Counted from the stretch's first letter, positions 28,217 through 38,292 are shown. The stretch is 64,000 bases of DNA from an uncultured delta proteobacterium (GCA_963768985.1 CAVYJZ010000006.1:333702-397701), one strand, 5' to 3'. The notes: generated by a model not told the origin, from the sequence alone. Numbers and translations are program-made.

Positions 28217-28246
28217 TTGACCCGCCCGCCGGCGCTGCGGTATAAG
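28217..28246 (+). promoter_or_regulatory. Candidate sigma-70-type promoter for the 28307-38246 operon
   Basis: TTGACC (28217-28222), 18-nt spacer, TATAAG (28241-28246), about 60 nt upstream of the ATG at 28307, which is itself preceded by GAGGGGA. Confidence 0.35.
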
Positions 28247-28306
28247 CGCAAGGACTACTTGGGGGCAATTTCGCCTCGGAGGCTGGTCACTTAGAGGGGA
28301 ATTGCG

Positions 28307-29017
28307 ATGCGCAGGATCGTTGCGCTCTCAGTCGTGTCAGCATGCATCTGGGCAGGGGGGGCCTTCGCGATGGGCCATCATGCCGGCGCCGCCCCGCCAG
28401 ACGCACCAGCCGAATCATCGGAGGCGAGCCGCGAAGCGACGCCGGCCGCTGCGAGTAAGCCGATCGATGCCGGCACGTATGCGGTACGCCTCCGCGATCT
28501 CGAACAGCGGATCAACGAGCTCAAAGAGCAGATTTTTCGCTCCAAAGCCAGGCTCTCCTTGCTCGCCGAGACGGTGCTCGAAGGCGTTGTCGGAGGCGGC
28601 CAGGCGGTGATTATCCACGAGAACCGCATGTCCCAGTCGTACAAGCTGGTCAGGGTGGTCTACGCCCTCGATGGCGCCCCGATCTTCACCAAGGCCGACG
28701 AGGAAGGCACGCTCGGCGAACAACCAGAGTTCGAAATCTACAACGGAAGCATCGTTCCAGGGGAGCACACACTCACCGTCAACCTCGAGTATCGAGGGCA
28801 TGGCTACGGCGTTTTCGCGTACCTCAAAGGGTATCGTTTCAAGGTGCGCTCCACGTACACCTTCGCGGTTCCCGAAGGACGCATCGCAACCGTCCACGTC
28901 GTGGGCTACGAGCAAGGCGGTCCGACGACCCCACTCGAGGAACGACCAGCGGTTCGATATATCGAACGGGTCGAGCGGCAGGCTCGCCCCGATGCAAGCG
29001 GTGAGGGCGATCGGTAA
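28307..29017 (+). CDS. Secreted protein of unknown function, first gene of the Glt/Nfs-like operon
   Basis: 236 aa. Signal peptide MRRIVALSVVSACIWAGGAFA, a short coiled coil (LRDLEQRINELKEQIFRSKARL), then a beta-rich domain. Confidence 0.6.
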   Translation: MRRIVALSVVSACIWAGGAFAMGHHAGAAPPDAPAESSEASREATPAAASKPIDAGTYAVRLRDLEQRINELKEQIFRSKARLSLLAETVLEGVVGGGQAVIIHENRMSQSYKLVRVVYALDGAPIFTKADEEGTLGEQPEFEIYNGSIVPGEHTLTVNLEYRGHGYGVFAYLKGYRFKVRSTYTFAVPEGRIATVHVVGYEQGGPTTPLEERPAVRYIERVERQARPDASGEGDR

Positions 29018-31410
29018 TGCAACCTCGTGGGGCGACCGCGTCGCCGCCCACACCGACACTTTGTAGGGGGCGAGCGCAGAGGGTTGGGCATGGGATCATC
29101 CTGGCGCTCTGCCTGGTTACGTCCATTGCGCCGAAGGCTGCAGCACAAGACGCGGCCCCGGCCGATCGCGAGCTGACCGATCTCGAATCGGATACGCAGC
29201 GACTCATGGCCAGAAAGGTTCGGCCGAACGCCCTAAAGAGCGACACCTTCGTCGAGGAGCGCTTGGCCGACGGGGAGCTCTATCTCCGCCTGGAGGATTA
29301 CCTTCGCGCAGCGATTCTTCTCACTGACATCGTCGATCACTACCCGGGGCATCGTGCCTATCCAGAGGCGGTGTTTCTCCTCGGAGAGTCGCTCTTCTTC
29401 GCGGGCGACTACCTCGGCGCTCGCAAGCGCTACGCGGAGGTGATCGACCACGGAACCGACCCGATGTTCCAGCCGTACGTCCAATCGGCGCTCAGCCGTC
29501 TAATCGAGATCGCCATTCGCACCCGCGACTTTCGGAAAGTCGACGCGTATTTCCTGAGCGTGCAAGCGCTTCCGTCTCCCACGCTTTCGGTGACGACCGC
29601 GTACTTCCGTGCGAAGTACTTGTATCATCGGGCCGTCCCGATCGACGACGTGCTCGACACGCCGCCCGACGCTTCGCTTCGGGGCATCGACCAAGGCCGC
29701 CTCGAGCAAGCACGCGAGGGCTTCCTGACGGTCCCAAGCGGCACGGAGTTCGCCCTCCGGGCCAGGTACTTCGTCGGCACCATTTACACGCTGCGCGGGG
29801 AGTACCTCGACGCCATCGCTGCGTTCCATGCCGTCCTCGGCCAGGAGCCGGCGAACGATGAGGAGCGCCAAGTGGTCGACCTGGCTTATCTGGCGCTCGG
29901 ACGTCTGTACTACGAGACCGAGCAGTTCGACCAGGCGGTGGAGGCGTACCGGGCGGTTCAACAGACTTCGCCCCAGTTCGATCAGGCGCTTTACGAGCTC
30001 GCCTGGACGTACATCGGAATGGGCGACGCCATCCAGGCTGAACGCTCACTCGAGCTGCTGTCGGTCGCAGCACCGGATAGCGTGCTCAATGCAGATGGGA
30101 AGATTCTGCGCGGAGACCTCCTGGCACGCACCGGGCGCTACGAGGAAGCCGAGGCAGTATTCGATGAGGTTCGCGCCACCTTCGGGCCGATCCGCGACGA
30201 GCTGGATCGCAGGCGTCGAGAGCACCCGGACCTTCACGCGTATTTCCGGCAGCTTGTGCGCGAAAACTTGGACAGCTTCGACATCGACGATTTCCTTCCG
30301 GAGTCGGCGAGACCGTGGGTTGACCTCGAAGGCGACTACCAGCGGGCGCTGGACCTCCTCGCGGGCCTCAGCGAGGCCAGGCAGCTGGCCAGCGAAACCG
30401 AAGAGCTGGCGCAACGGATCACTGCGGTCCTCAGCGCTCCGAACAGGGTCAGCGTGTTCTCCGACATGCGGCGGCAGCGTGAAAGGACGACGGCGCTCCG
30501 CAACCGGGCGGCTCGGGTGCGTGGTACGCTCATCGACGCGGAGGCGCAGGGCCGGAGCAAGCGCGGCGGCGAACTCGACCGGGTGCGCGCGCGACGCCAG
30601 GAACTTCAAGCCGAAGTGATGACGATGCCCGTCAACACCGAGGACTTCGTCGATCGAGATTTCGAAGAGCTCGAGGAATACCGCAACGCCGAACGCAAGC
30701 TTCAGGCATTGCGAGTCGAGATCCTCGGGCTCGAAGCTCGCATCACCGCATCGAAGACGGGGCTCGCCGCCGTCGATCCGGGGAAGGTCGATCCGAAACT
30801 GGTGCGCGAGCAGCTCCAGGTGCACGAAGCGGAAGTCACACGGTACGAAGAAGATCTCACCTGGATTCGCCGGCGCCTGGAGGTCGGCCGCCTCCATACC
30901 GGCGTGGGTGACGCCAGGTACCAGGCCGACGACGTTCAGCGCAGCAAGTTCATCGGCTTGGTTGGCAGAGAGCGCGCGCTGGCGGGCTCAGGCGGACCTC
31001 GCTACGATTCAGCGTTTGCGCGAGTGACAGCCGTCGAACGCCAACTGGATCAGCGCGATGCAGAGGTGGCCTCGGCGGTGCATCAACGCGTCGCACAGAT
31101 GATGGAAGTGGTCGACGAAGAGACCACAAACCTCGCTCGCTATCGTCGGACGCTTCGGTCCTTCGAGGGGGAAACGGAAGAGGTCATTGGAGCCATCACC
31201 TATCTCAACTTCAATCACGTCCTCGATCGCTTCAACGACCTCATACTGCGAGCGGACGTCGGCAAGATCGACGTCTCGTGGGCAAGGCGTGAGGATCACC
31301 GTCTGCGAATCGACAGCCTGACGCGCGAGCGCGCGCGCGAGCTTCAGTCGCTCGATGACGAATTCCGCGATGTGATGGACCAGGCCCAAACCAGCGGAGG
31401 CGGCGAGTGA
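29017..31410 (+). CDS. Secreted TPR protein with a long C-terminal coiled coil (possible GltC/NfsC analogue)
   Basis: 797 aa. TAATG overlap with the upstream gene. Hydrophobic leader (GIILALCLVTSIAPKAAAQD), TPR-like repeats in the N-terminal half and a Glu/Arg/Leu-rich heptad-like C-terminal half. Confidence 0.65.
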   Translation: MQPRGATASPPTPTLCRGRAQRVGHGIILALCLVTSIAPKAAAQDAAPADRELTDLESDTQRLMARKVRPNALKSDTFVEERLADGELYLRLEDYLRAAILLTDIVDHYPGHRAYPEAVFLLGESLFFAGDYLGARKRYAEVIDHGTDPMFQPYVQSALSRLIEIAIRTRDFRKVDAYFLSVQALPSPTLSVTTAYFRAKYLYHRAVPIDDVLDTPPDASLRGIDQGRLEQAREGFLTVPSGTEFALRARYFVGTIYTLRGEYLDAIAAFHAVLGQEPANDEERQVVDLAYLALGRLYYETEQFDQAVEAYRAVQQTSPQFDQALYELAWTYIGMGDAIQAERSLELLSVAAPDSVLNADGKILRGDLLARTGRYEEAEAVFDEVRATFGPIRDELDRRRREHPDLHAYFRQLVRENLDSFDIDDFLPESARPWVDLEGDYQRALDLLAGLSEARQLASETEELAQRITAVLSAPNRVSVFSDMRRQRERTTALRNRAARVRGTLIDAEAQGRSKRGGELDRVRARRQELQAEVMTMPVNTEDFVDRDFEELEEYRNAERKLQALRVEILGLEARITASKTGLAAVDPGKVDPKLVREQLQVHEAEVTRYEEDLTWIRRRLEVGRLHTGVGDARYQADDVQRSKFIGLVGRERALAGSGGPRYDSAFARVTAVERQLDQRDAEVASAVHQRVAQMMEVVDEETTNLARYRRTLRSFEGETEEVIGAITYLNFNHVLDRFNDLILRADVGKIDVSWARREDHRLRIDSLTRERARELQSLDDEFRDVMDQAQTSGGGE

Positions 31411-34400
31411 ACTTTAGTCGCCCTCACCCCTCCGCAATATTTCTGGCATTCTTGGTCGGGGCGGGGTCGGGACTCCCCGTCCTTGTTTATGCGCAGGTGG
31501 CCCAGGATGCGGCGCCGTGGGCGGGTGCGACCGACGTCACTTTGCCCCCGTTTCTCCAGGACACGGGCAAACGCATCGTCGATGACCGACCGACCCCGAC
31601 GGAGAAACAGCTCGAAGCGCTGCGAGAGCTCGAAGCGGAGGGAAATCGCTTCATCGAGAGCGGAGATGCCTTCCGCTCGACCGTCACGTCGTTGGCGCGG
31701 CGCGAGTATCTCCAGCAGAGGCGTCGGCGCGATCGCTGGTACGGCGAGCAACTCGAGACCGAAGAACGAGCGTTGAACGACGCGAGAGAGGATTCAATTC
31801 GAGTCTTCGAAGAGTTCATTCGCCGCTACCCCGACCATTCGAAGTACACGCCGGACGCGATGTTTCGTTTGGGCGAGCTCTACTTCGAACGAAGCGCCGT
31901 GGAATTCCAACAACGCTACGACGACGCCCAAGCCGCGCGCGCTGCAGGCGATCTCGGCGCCGAAGACAACCTGCCGACATCTCCTGACTTCACGCCGACG
32001 GTCATGCTCTACAGGACATTGGCGGCCCAGTTCCCGAAATACGAGCGCTCCGACGGGGTCTACTATTTGATCGGATACACCCTGAACGAGATGGCGCGTC
32101 CCGAGGAGGCGCTGGCAGCGTGGCTCGCGCTCGTCTGCGCTAACAAGTACGAATACGATCCCAATTGGCGTCCACCGCCCGCGGATGCATCGCTCGCAGC
32201 CCAGGCCAAGTACCCGGCCTTGACGCTGGACGGCCGCCCCCTGGGCGCGTCGGTGGGCGGGGCGTTCGTCAACCCATACAAGGGTTGCGAGCCCATCACG
32301 CCGATGGCGCGCTTCGTCAGTGAGACCTGGTTCCGGATTGGCGAGTACCACTTCGACGACTTCGGCGGGCGAAACGCGCTCGATCTCTCCATTGCGGCGT
32401 ATGGTCGCATTCTCGAAAACCCCGAAGATCGAAACTACAACCTCGCTCTCTACAAGGTCGCCTGGGCATACTACCGTGCAAGCCGATACCCGGAGGCGAT
32501 CCGGCATTTTGCCCGACTGGTGCAGTGGTCCGACGACACGCGGAACGAAACTGGCAAGGCCGGCTCCGAGCTTCGTCCCGAGGCGATCGAGTATCTGGGC
32601 ATCGCATTCGCGTATGATGACTGGAACGAAAACCAGGTGGCCGATCCGAACGAGGGTCAGCCGACCGGTATCGAACGGATCCAGGATCCCGCGTTGCTCC
32701 CGCAGAACGCGCCATGGACACCCGAAGTCTACTTCCAGCTCGGGCAGGTGTACTTCGACGAAGCGAAGTACCCAGACGCGATCGCAGCTTGGCGGCTTGC
32801 GATCACGAAGTGGCCAAACAACCGCCGAACACCGGAAATCCTGAGCGACATCGCAAACGCCTATCAGATGCACAACGAGTTCGAGAACGCGATTCTGGCG
32901 CGCTCCGAGCTCACACAGTATGTGCAGGGAAGCACTTGGTGGAACGCCAACCTGGACCATCCGGCGGAGCAGCGAAACGCCGAACAGCTCGCCGAAAACG
33001 CACTCATCGTCACCGCGCTCCACCACCATCAGCGAGCTCAACGCCTGCGTCAGGAGTGCGTCGAGCAGCGCAACGTGCGGCTTTGTCGGGACTCGCGGGA
33101 GGAGTACGGACTCGCAGCGACGGCATACCGCGGCTATCTGGAACGCTATCCCAACAATCCACAGGGGTATGAGCTCCACTACAATCTGGCCGACGCCTTG
33201 TACTGGTCGAAGAGCTACGAGCAGGCGGCCACCGAGTACGCCGAAGTTCGGGACTCGAACGTCGACGACAGCTATCTGGCCGAGTCCGCCCGGCGCGTGG
33301 TGGAGTCCCTCAAGCGCATCGCCGACCGCGATGTCGAGGAGGGGAGATTAGTCGTACGCACCGAGGCCCCATCTCCGACCGGCACACCCCCATCCGTGCA
33401 ACCAGTCGCAATGCCCGAAACCGTCCAACGGCTCGCACGCGCCCGGGAGATCTACCTCACGCGCGTAAGCCCCAATCGCGACACGGAGGGCGTGCGCGCG
33501 GCGTACGATTACAACAATGCCTTGCTTCTCTACTGGTACGGATATTGGCCCCAGGCGGAACAACGCTTCACGCGCATCTACGAGGATCGTTGCTCGGGGC
33601 CGGAGGCGGACGTGACAGGCCAAATTTCCTGGGAGAACCTCCGTGCGATGGCGATGGCCACGAACGACTCCGAAGAGATTCGACGTCTTGCCAACGATAT
33701 TCAGCAGCGCGGCTGCACGTTCTCCGCGCGTGCCGAAAAGATAGACTGCAGCAAGCCCGCGAACCGCGACAAGCCCATCTGTCGTGCGGGCTCGGATCTC
33801 AACGCGCTCGTCTACCAAGACGCGCTCGACGTCTACAAGCGCGCAGGCCAAGCCTCAGGGGCCGAGCGACAGGCGCTCTACGAGCAATCGGCCACGATGT
33901 TGTTGGCCGCGGTCAACAGCAATCCGAGCGACAGGCAGGCGCCGATCGCCCTCGAGTATGCAGCCCTCGCGTTGGAAGCGACCAACCGATTCGACTCCGC
34001 CGCACAACTCTACCAGCGCATCATCGACGAGGTCGGACCTCGCAAAGCCCAAGACGCGGAAGAGCAGAAGAGCCTCGATGCAATCCTGGCGAATGCTCAC
34101 TTCAAGTTGGCCTACACGGCGAGCCGCAATTTCGACTTCGACCGAGCGGTGGAGAACTACCGCGTACTCGCCGACTCTCCGCGCTTTGCCAAGTCCACCG
34201 ACCCGGACCTCCAAAGCAAGCGCGCCGATGGGCTCGTCAATTCAGCGATTCTCCTCGAACGACTCCAACGCTACCCCGAAGCGACGAAGTACTTCCGTCG
34301 AGTCTACAGCAGCGTCGACGATCCCGAGACCAAGCGAAATGCGCTCTATCGGATCGCTGAAATGGCCTACGAGCAACAGCGTTACCCGCAGGCGATCGTC

Positions 34401-35243
34401 GGCATGCGCGATTTCATCAAGGTGTATGGCGACGATGGTGAAGCCGGCGAGCTGGTCGTGCTTGCACAGTGGCGAATTGCGCAATCGTTGAAGGCTCAGG
34501 GCAAGATGCGTGACTACCGCACCGCCCTCAAAGATGTCACGACAGCCTACACTCGAACGGGACAACCGGCGGGATCGATCGCCGCCAGTTACGCCGCCGA
34601 GGCGCGTTTCATCCTGGTCGACGGCGACCTCAGGAGCTTCGAGAAATTTCAAATCAGGCCTGGGAAGCCTAAGTCGGTCGACGCCTACATCAGCGCGATC
34701 ACGAAGCAGATCAGCGACGGAGGCAAGCGGGTTCAGTCGATCAAAGACGGCTACGAGCCGGTCTTTGCCTATCGGCGACCGGCATGGACGATCGCGTCGT
34801 ACGTCCGGCAGGGCCGAGCTTACGAGATCTTGGCACGTTCGATCCTGAACACCCCCATCGTACTGCCCCTCGATCTGCAGCGTGCCTTCCGTAAGGCCGG
34901 CGCCGATGAGCGAGAGGAGTACCAGCTCGACTTCGAGGACAAGGTCCGCCAGGTGCTCGACAACAAGGTCCGGCCCGTCGAATGCCTGGCCGTCGTGCGA
35001 TATGCGCTGGCCGCGCGGGCCGCTCGCGCGGGCAGCTTCGATGACGAATACACCCGCGCCGCGATCGATCGCCTCCAAGCGTACGGAGACGAACGCATCG
35101 CCGAGTGCATCGCAGAGGCACAAGCCAGCGATGCGACTTTCCAAGGGTACGTTCCAGGGGAATTTGCGCGTTCGCCTCGCGGTAAACCGTTGGAGATTCG
35201 ACCTGGGATCGCACCGCCTGCTATCAGCAAGGAGAAACAGTGA
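31407..35243 (+). CDS. Large secreted TPR-repeat protein, GltD/NfsD (AgmU)-like
   Basis: 1278 aa. GTGA overlap with the upstream gene. Signal peptide (AIFLAFLVGAGSGLPVLVYAQVAQD) and TPR-like repeats throughout. Size and operon position match GltD/NfsD. Confidence 0.65.
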   Translation: MNFSRPHPSAIFLAFLVGAGSGLPVLVYAQVAQDAAPWAGATDVTLPPFLQDTGKRIVDDRPTPTEKQLEALRELEAEGNRFIESGDAFRSTVTSLARREYLQQRRRRDRWYGEQLETEERALNDAREDSIRVFEEFIRRYPDHSKYTPDAMFRLGELYFERSAVEFQQRYDDAQAARAAGDLGAEDNLPTSPDFTPTVMLYRTLAAQFPKYERSDGVYYLIGYTLNEMARPEEALAAWLALVCANKYEYDPNWRPPPADASLAAQAKYPALTLDGRPLGASVGGAFVNPYKGCEPITPMARFVSETWFRIGEYHFDDFGGRNALDLSIAAYGRILENPEDRNYNLALYKVAWAYYRASRYPEAIRHFARLVQWSDDTRNETGKAGSELRPEAIEYLGIAFAYDDWNENQVADPNEGQPTGIERIQDPALLPQNAPWTPEVYFQLGQVYFDEAKYPDAIAAWRLAITKWPNNRRTPEILSDIANAYQMHNEFENAILARSELTQYVQGSTWWNANLDHPAEQRNAEQLAENALIVTALHHHQRAQRLRQECVEQRNVRLCRDSREEYGLAATAYRGYLERYPNNPQGYELHYNLADALYWSKSYEQAATEYAEVRDSNVDDSYLAESARRVVESLKRIADRDVEEGRLVVRTEAPSPTGTPPSVQPVAMPETVQRLARAREIYLTRVSPNRDTEGVRAAYDYNNALLLYWYGYWPQAEQRFTRIYEDRCSGPEADVTGQISWENLRAMAMATNDSEEIRRLANDIQQRGCTFSARAEKIDCSKPANRDKPICRAGSDLNALVYQDALDVYKRAGQASGAERQALYEQSATMLLAAVNSNPSDRQAPIALEYAALALEATNRFDSAAQLYQRIIDEVGPRKAQDAEEQKSLDAILANAHFKLAYTASRNFDFDRAVENYRVLADSPRFAKSTDPDLQSKRADGLVNSAILLERLQRYPEATKYFRRVYSSVDDPETKRNALYRIAEMAYEQQRYPQAIVGMRDFIKVYGDDGEAGELVVLAQWRIAQSLKAQGKMRDYRTALKDVTTAYTRTGQPAGSIAASYAAEARFILVDGDLRSFEKFQIRPGKPKSVDAYISAITKQISDGGKRVQSIKDGYEPVFAYRRPAWTIASYVRQGRAYEILARSILNTPIVLPLDLQRAFRKAGADEREEYQLDFEDKVRQVLDNKVRPVECLAVVRYALAARAARAGSFDDEYTRAAIDRLQAYGDERIAECIAEAQASDATFQGYVPGEFARSPRGKPLEIRPGIAPPAISKEKQ

Positions 35244-36547
35244 TGCGCTTGGGGGTATCGACGACCGTGTTGATTGGAGCGACGCTCTTCGCCACCTATG
35301 GTTGCAAGGAAGCGTCGACCTCCGGTCAGAGCGGGGGCGAGCCCACATCGGGTGGCGAATCGCCAGCAGGTCAGGGGGAGGGCGTCGTCCAGCCGGGAGC
35401 GGCCGGTTCGGAAACCGCAGTGTCTGCCAGCCCATGGGGGGCCACCCGCGCAGAGCAGTGCCGCCGAGAGGCTCGCCCGAGCATGTCCTCCAAGGCGAGG
35501 AAGTCATTCGACGAGGGGGTGCGCGCCGCGGCGAACCAGGACGATGCCTCGGCCGCGGCAAGCTTCCAGCAAGCTCTCAACAGAGAACCCAACGCCTACC
35601 CAGCACTCTACAATCTGGGGGTCTTGGCGGATCGCACCGGCAACGAAAAAGACGCGATCGCCTATTACCGGCGCGCACTGCAGGTCATACCCGACTACGA
35701 GCCGGCCGCACGAGGCATCGCGACGATCCAGATTCGGCGAGGCCGGGTGCAGGACGCGGTCGCGACAATCGAGCCGCTCGCTAACCAGTACCGTGCAAAC
35801 TTGGAGTTGCAGGCGTTGTACGCCGAGGTTTTGGTTGACGCGAAACGTCTGGACGAAGCATGGATGGCTGCGCGACGCGCGCTCAAATGCGACGAGCGCT
35901 TCGTGCCCGCGCTCATCGCCTTGGTGAAGGTGAGCCGCGCGCAGGGTCGCGAAGAGCTCGCGGATTCGATCCTCGAGCAAGCCATCCAAATCGACCCGGA
36001 TGTGGCCGAGCTTCACTTCATGCGAGGGGAGAAGCTCGAGACCGAGCCTGGGGAGCTGCGCGAGGCCATGGCTTCGTACGAGCGAGCCGTACAGCTGCGC
36101 CCGAACTATGCGGAAGCTCGAATGGCTCTCGGGATTCAGCTCTTGGCAGGCGGCAATTATCCGGGCGCGCTCTCGCACTTCCAGGCCGCAGAACGGCTCG
36201 TGCCGACGCTTCCGGCCGTTCACGTCGATCTCGGCGATGCATACCGCGCGACCAAACAGTGGACCGACGCTCAGCGCGAATACCGGCGCGCCTTGGAGTT
36301 ACAACCGAAGCTGCCTGAAGCGCACTACGGCCTCGGCCTGCTATTCCTCACCTCAGCCGGAGATTTCCCCGGGCTCGACGAGCTCTCTGCGTACGAGAAG
36401 GCGGTCCAGGAATTCAAGGCCTATCGCGATGAAATGGGACCCCGGTTGGCCAAGGATGATCAATCGGAGGAGTACCTTCTCGACTTGGACCGGATGATCC
36501 AACGAGCGAGACGCCGCATTGAACGTGAACACGGAGGCGCCTCATGA
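35243..36547 (+). CDS. TPR-repeat lipoprotein, GltE/NfsE (AglT)-like
   Basis: About 434 aa. AAGGAGAAA RBS, then GTGATG start region (35240/35243). Leader ends LFATYGC. Canonical TPRs (e.g. AYPALYNLGVLADRTGNEKDAIAYYRRALQVIPDYEPA). Confidence 0.65.
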   Translation: MRLGVSTTVLIGATLFATYGCKEASTSGQSGGEPTSGGESPAGQGEGVVQPGAAGSETAVSASPWGATRAEQCRREARPSMSSKARKSFDEGVRAAANQDDASAAASFQQALNREPNAYPALYNLGVLADRTGNEKDAIAYYRRALQVIPDYEPAARGIATIQIRRGRVQDAVATIEPLANQYRANLELQALYAEVLVDAKRLDEAWMAARRALKCDERFVPALIALVKVSRAQGREELADSILEQAIQIDPDVAELHFMRGEKLETEPGELREAMASYERAVQLRPNYAEARMALGIQLLAGGNYPGALSHFQAAERLVPTLPAVHVDLGDAYRATKQWTDAQREYRRALELQPKLPEAHYGLGLLFLTSAGDFPGLDELSAYEKAVQEFKAYRDEMGPRLAKDDQSEEYLLDLDRMIQRARRRIEREHGGAS

Positions 36548-36798
36548 AACGTTGGGTTTCGACCGCGTTGCTCGCGCTGGTGCTCGCTGCAGCATCCATG
36601 ACTGCAGCCCGCGCCCAAGATCGAAAAAAGCGTCAGCCGCACATCATCCAACTCGAAGAGATCGTCATCGAGGGCCGGGTGCAAAAGCCGAATGCGTTTT
36701 ACATCCTCAACCGGTCCAACCTGGGCTATGAAGTGCTCGAGCTTCGCACGAGCTTTCTTCGCAAGGTCGTTCGTAGCGTGGAGAAGGAACCGTTCTAA
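36544..36798 (+). CDS. Small secreted protein (84 aa), position-equivalent to GltF/NfsF
   Basis: ATGA overlap upstream and TAATG overlap downstream. Signal peptide MKRWVSTALLALVLAAASMTAARAQD. Confidence 0.5.
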   Translation: MKRWVSTALLALVLAAASMTAARAQDRKKRQPHIIQLEEIVIEGRVQKPNAFYILNRSNLGYEVLELRTSFLRKVVRSVEKEPF

Positions 36799-38246
36799 TG
36801 GCGCAATCGGAAACTCCGAGGCAGGGAACGCGTCCTGGCGCCATGACGATGGCGATGCAGGTTGTGCCGAGCAAGCACTCCGGCCCGAAGGTTCTGCGAG
36901 TCGGCCTGTTTCGGGACAAGAAGATCATCGAAGAGCGCATCGTGCGCCGCAGAGAGACCGTCTCGATCGGAACCTCGGCGAAAAATCACCTGATCATTCG
37001 ATCGGGGACGCTACCCTCCAAGATCGAGTCGCGATTCGAGCTCTTCCAGCTCGTCGGTGACGACTACATCCTGAACTTCACGGAGGACATGACCGGCAAG
37101 GTCGCGTTGCCCGGCGGAGTGCAGAAGATCGAGCACCTTCGCGATACCGGCGCCGCACGAAACGCCGGCACCCACTACCAAATCAAGCTCGCAGACACGT
37201 CACGCGGCAACATCCGCATGGGGGACTTCACCGTCTTCTTCGAGTTTGTCTCGGCGCCACCGATCACCCCAAAGCCGCAATTGCCTGCCGCCGTTCAGCG
37301 CGGGTTCATCAAGAACATCGACTGGACGTTCACCACCTGGGTGATCTTCTCGTACATGGCGTTCTTCGGATTCGTCATCTACATGGAAAACGCCGACTGG
37401 GAGGTCGACAGGGGCGTTCAAGAAGTTCCCGACACCCTGGCGCGGCTGGTCTTCGAAGCGCCGATCGAACCTCCTACGGTCGAAGAAGAGGTCGAGGAGG
37501 GCAAGGGCGAAGAAGAAGCCGAGAGCAAAGCGCCTCCGAAGAAACCCGCCAAGGTCGAAGGAAAAGAAGCTACGGCCACAGAGGCGCCAGGGGCGACCGC
37601 CGAAGGACGCGCGCGAATCGCACAGGAGGCTGCCGCACAGGCCGAGGCGATGCTCCTCGGGGCGCTCGGTGGTGATGGCGGGGCGCTCGGCGACGTGCTG
37701 GCCGGCGGCGCAGTGACGGGCAATGCGGCTGACGTCTTGGCGCAGGCCTCAGGTGTCGGGGTGGCGACCAAGAGTGACGCCGGCACGCTGCGCACACGCA
37801 GCGGCGGAGGCAGCGGACAGAAGGAGGGCCTGGGCTCTCTGAAAAAGACCCAGGGCGCCGGCAAGGCGGCTCGAGAAGGTCAGGCGGTCCAAGAACGCGA
37901 GGTCCGCGGGAACGTGGGGCTCAACAGTGGCGGTGACATTGGAGGCAGTGGCGAGTTCGATGCGGCGCTCGTTCAACGACAGATCAAACAGCGTTTGAAG
38001 TCGATCACCCGCTGCTACGAGTCCGAGCTTCGCAAGAATCCGAGTCTGGCGGGCAAGGTGACGATCACCTTCACCATCCAGGAGCGAGGGAACGTCACCG
38101 ATGCCAAAGCCAGTGAGAATACGACCGGTAGCCCTGGGGTCGCGGATTGTGTCACGAGAACCATCAGCCGGTTCCGCTTCAACCCGGGCCCCGAGGGAGG
38201 GAGCGTCACGTTCCGCTATCCCTTTGTTTTCCAGCCGCAAAATTAA
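36798..38246 (+). CDS. Single-pass inner-membrane protein with a TonB-C-like AgmX/PglI-type C-terminal domain (GltG/NfsG-like)
   Basis: 482 aa. The cytoplasmic N-terminal domain is FHA-like by eye. TM segment WTFTTWVIFSYMAFFGFVIYM and a Glu/Lys/Ala-rich linker follow. The C-terminus (ITRCYESELRKNPSLAGKVTITFTIQERGNVTDA...VADCVTRTISRFRF) has the Cys pair typical of the AgmX/PglI domain. Confidence 0.7.
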   Translation: MAQSETPRQGTRPGAMTMAMQVVPSKHSGPKVLRVGLFRDKKIIEERIVRRRETVSIGTSAKNHLIIRSGTLPSKIESRFELFQLVGDDYILNFTEDMTGKVALPGGVQKIEHLRDTGAARNAGTHYQIKLADTSRGNIRMGDFTVFFEFVSAPPITPKPQLPAAVQRGFIKNIDWTFTTWVIFSYMAFFGFVIYMENADWEVDRGVQEVPDTLARLVFEAPIEPPTVEEEVEEGKGEEEAESKAPPKKPAKVEGKEATATEAPGATAEGRARIAQEAAAQAEAMLLGALGGDGGALGDVLAGGAVTGNAADVLAQASGVGVATKSDAGTLRTRSGGGSGQKEGLGSLKKTQGAGKAAREGQAVQEREVRGNVGLNSGGDIGGSGEFDAALVQRQIKQRLKSITRCYESELRKNPSLAGKVTITFTIQERGNVTDAKASENTTGSPGVADCVTRTISRFRFNPGPEGGSVTFRYPFVFQPQN

Positions 38247-38292
38247 ATCCTTCAGAGACACCGCATTACTGCTTAACTGTATTATGCTTCCA

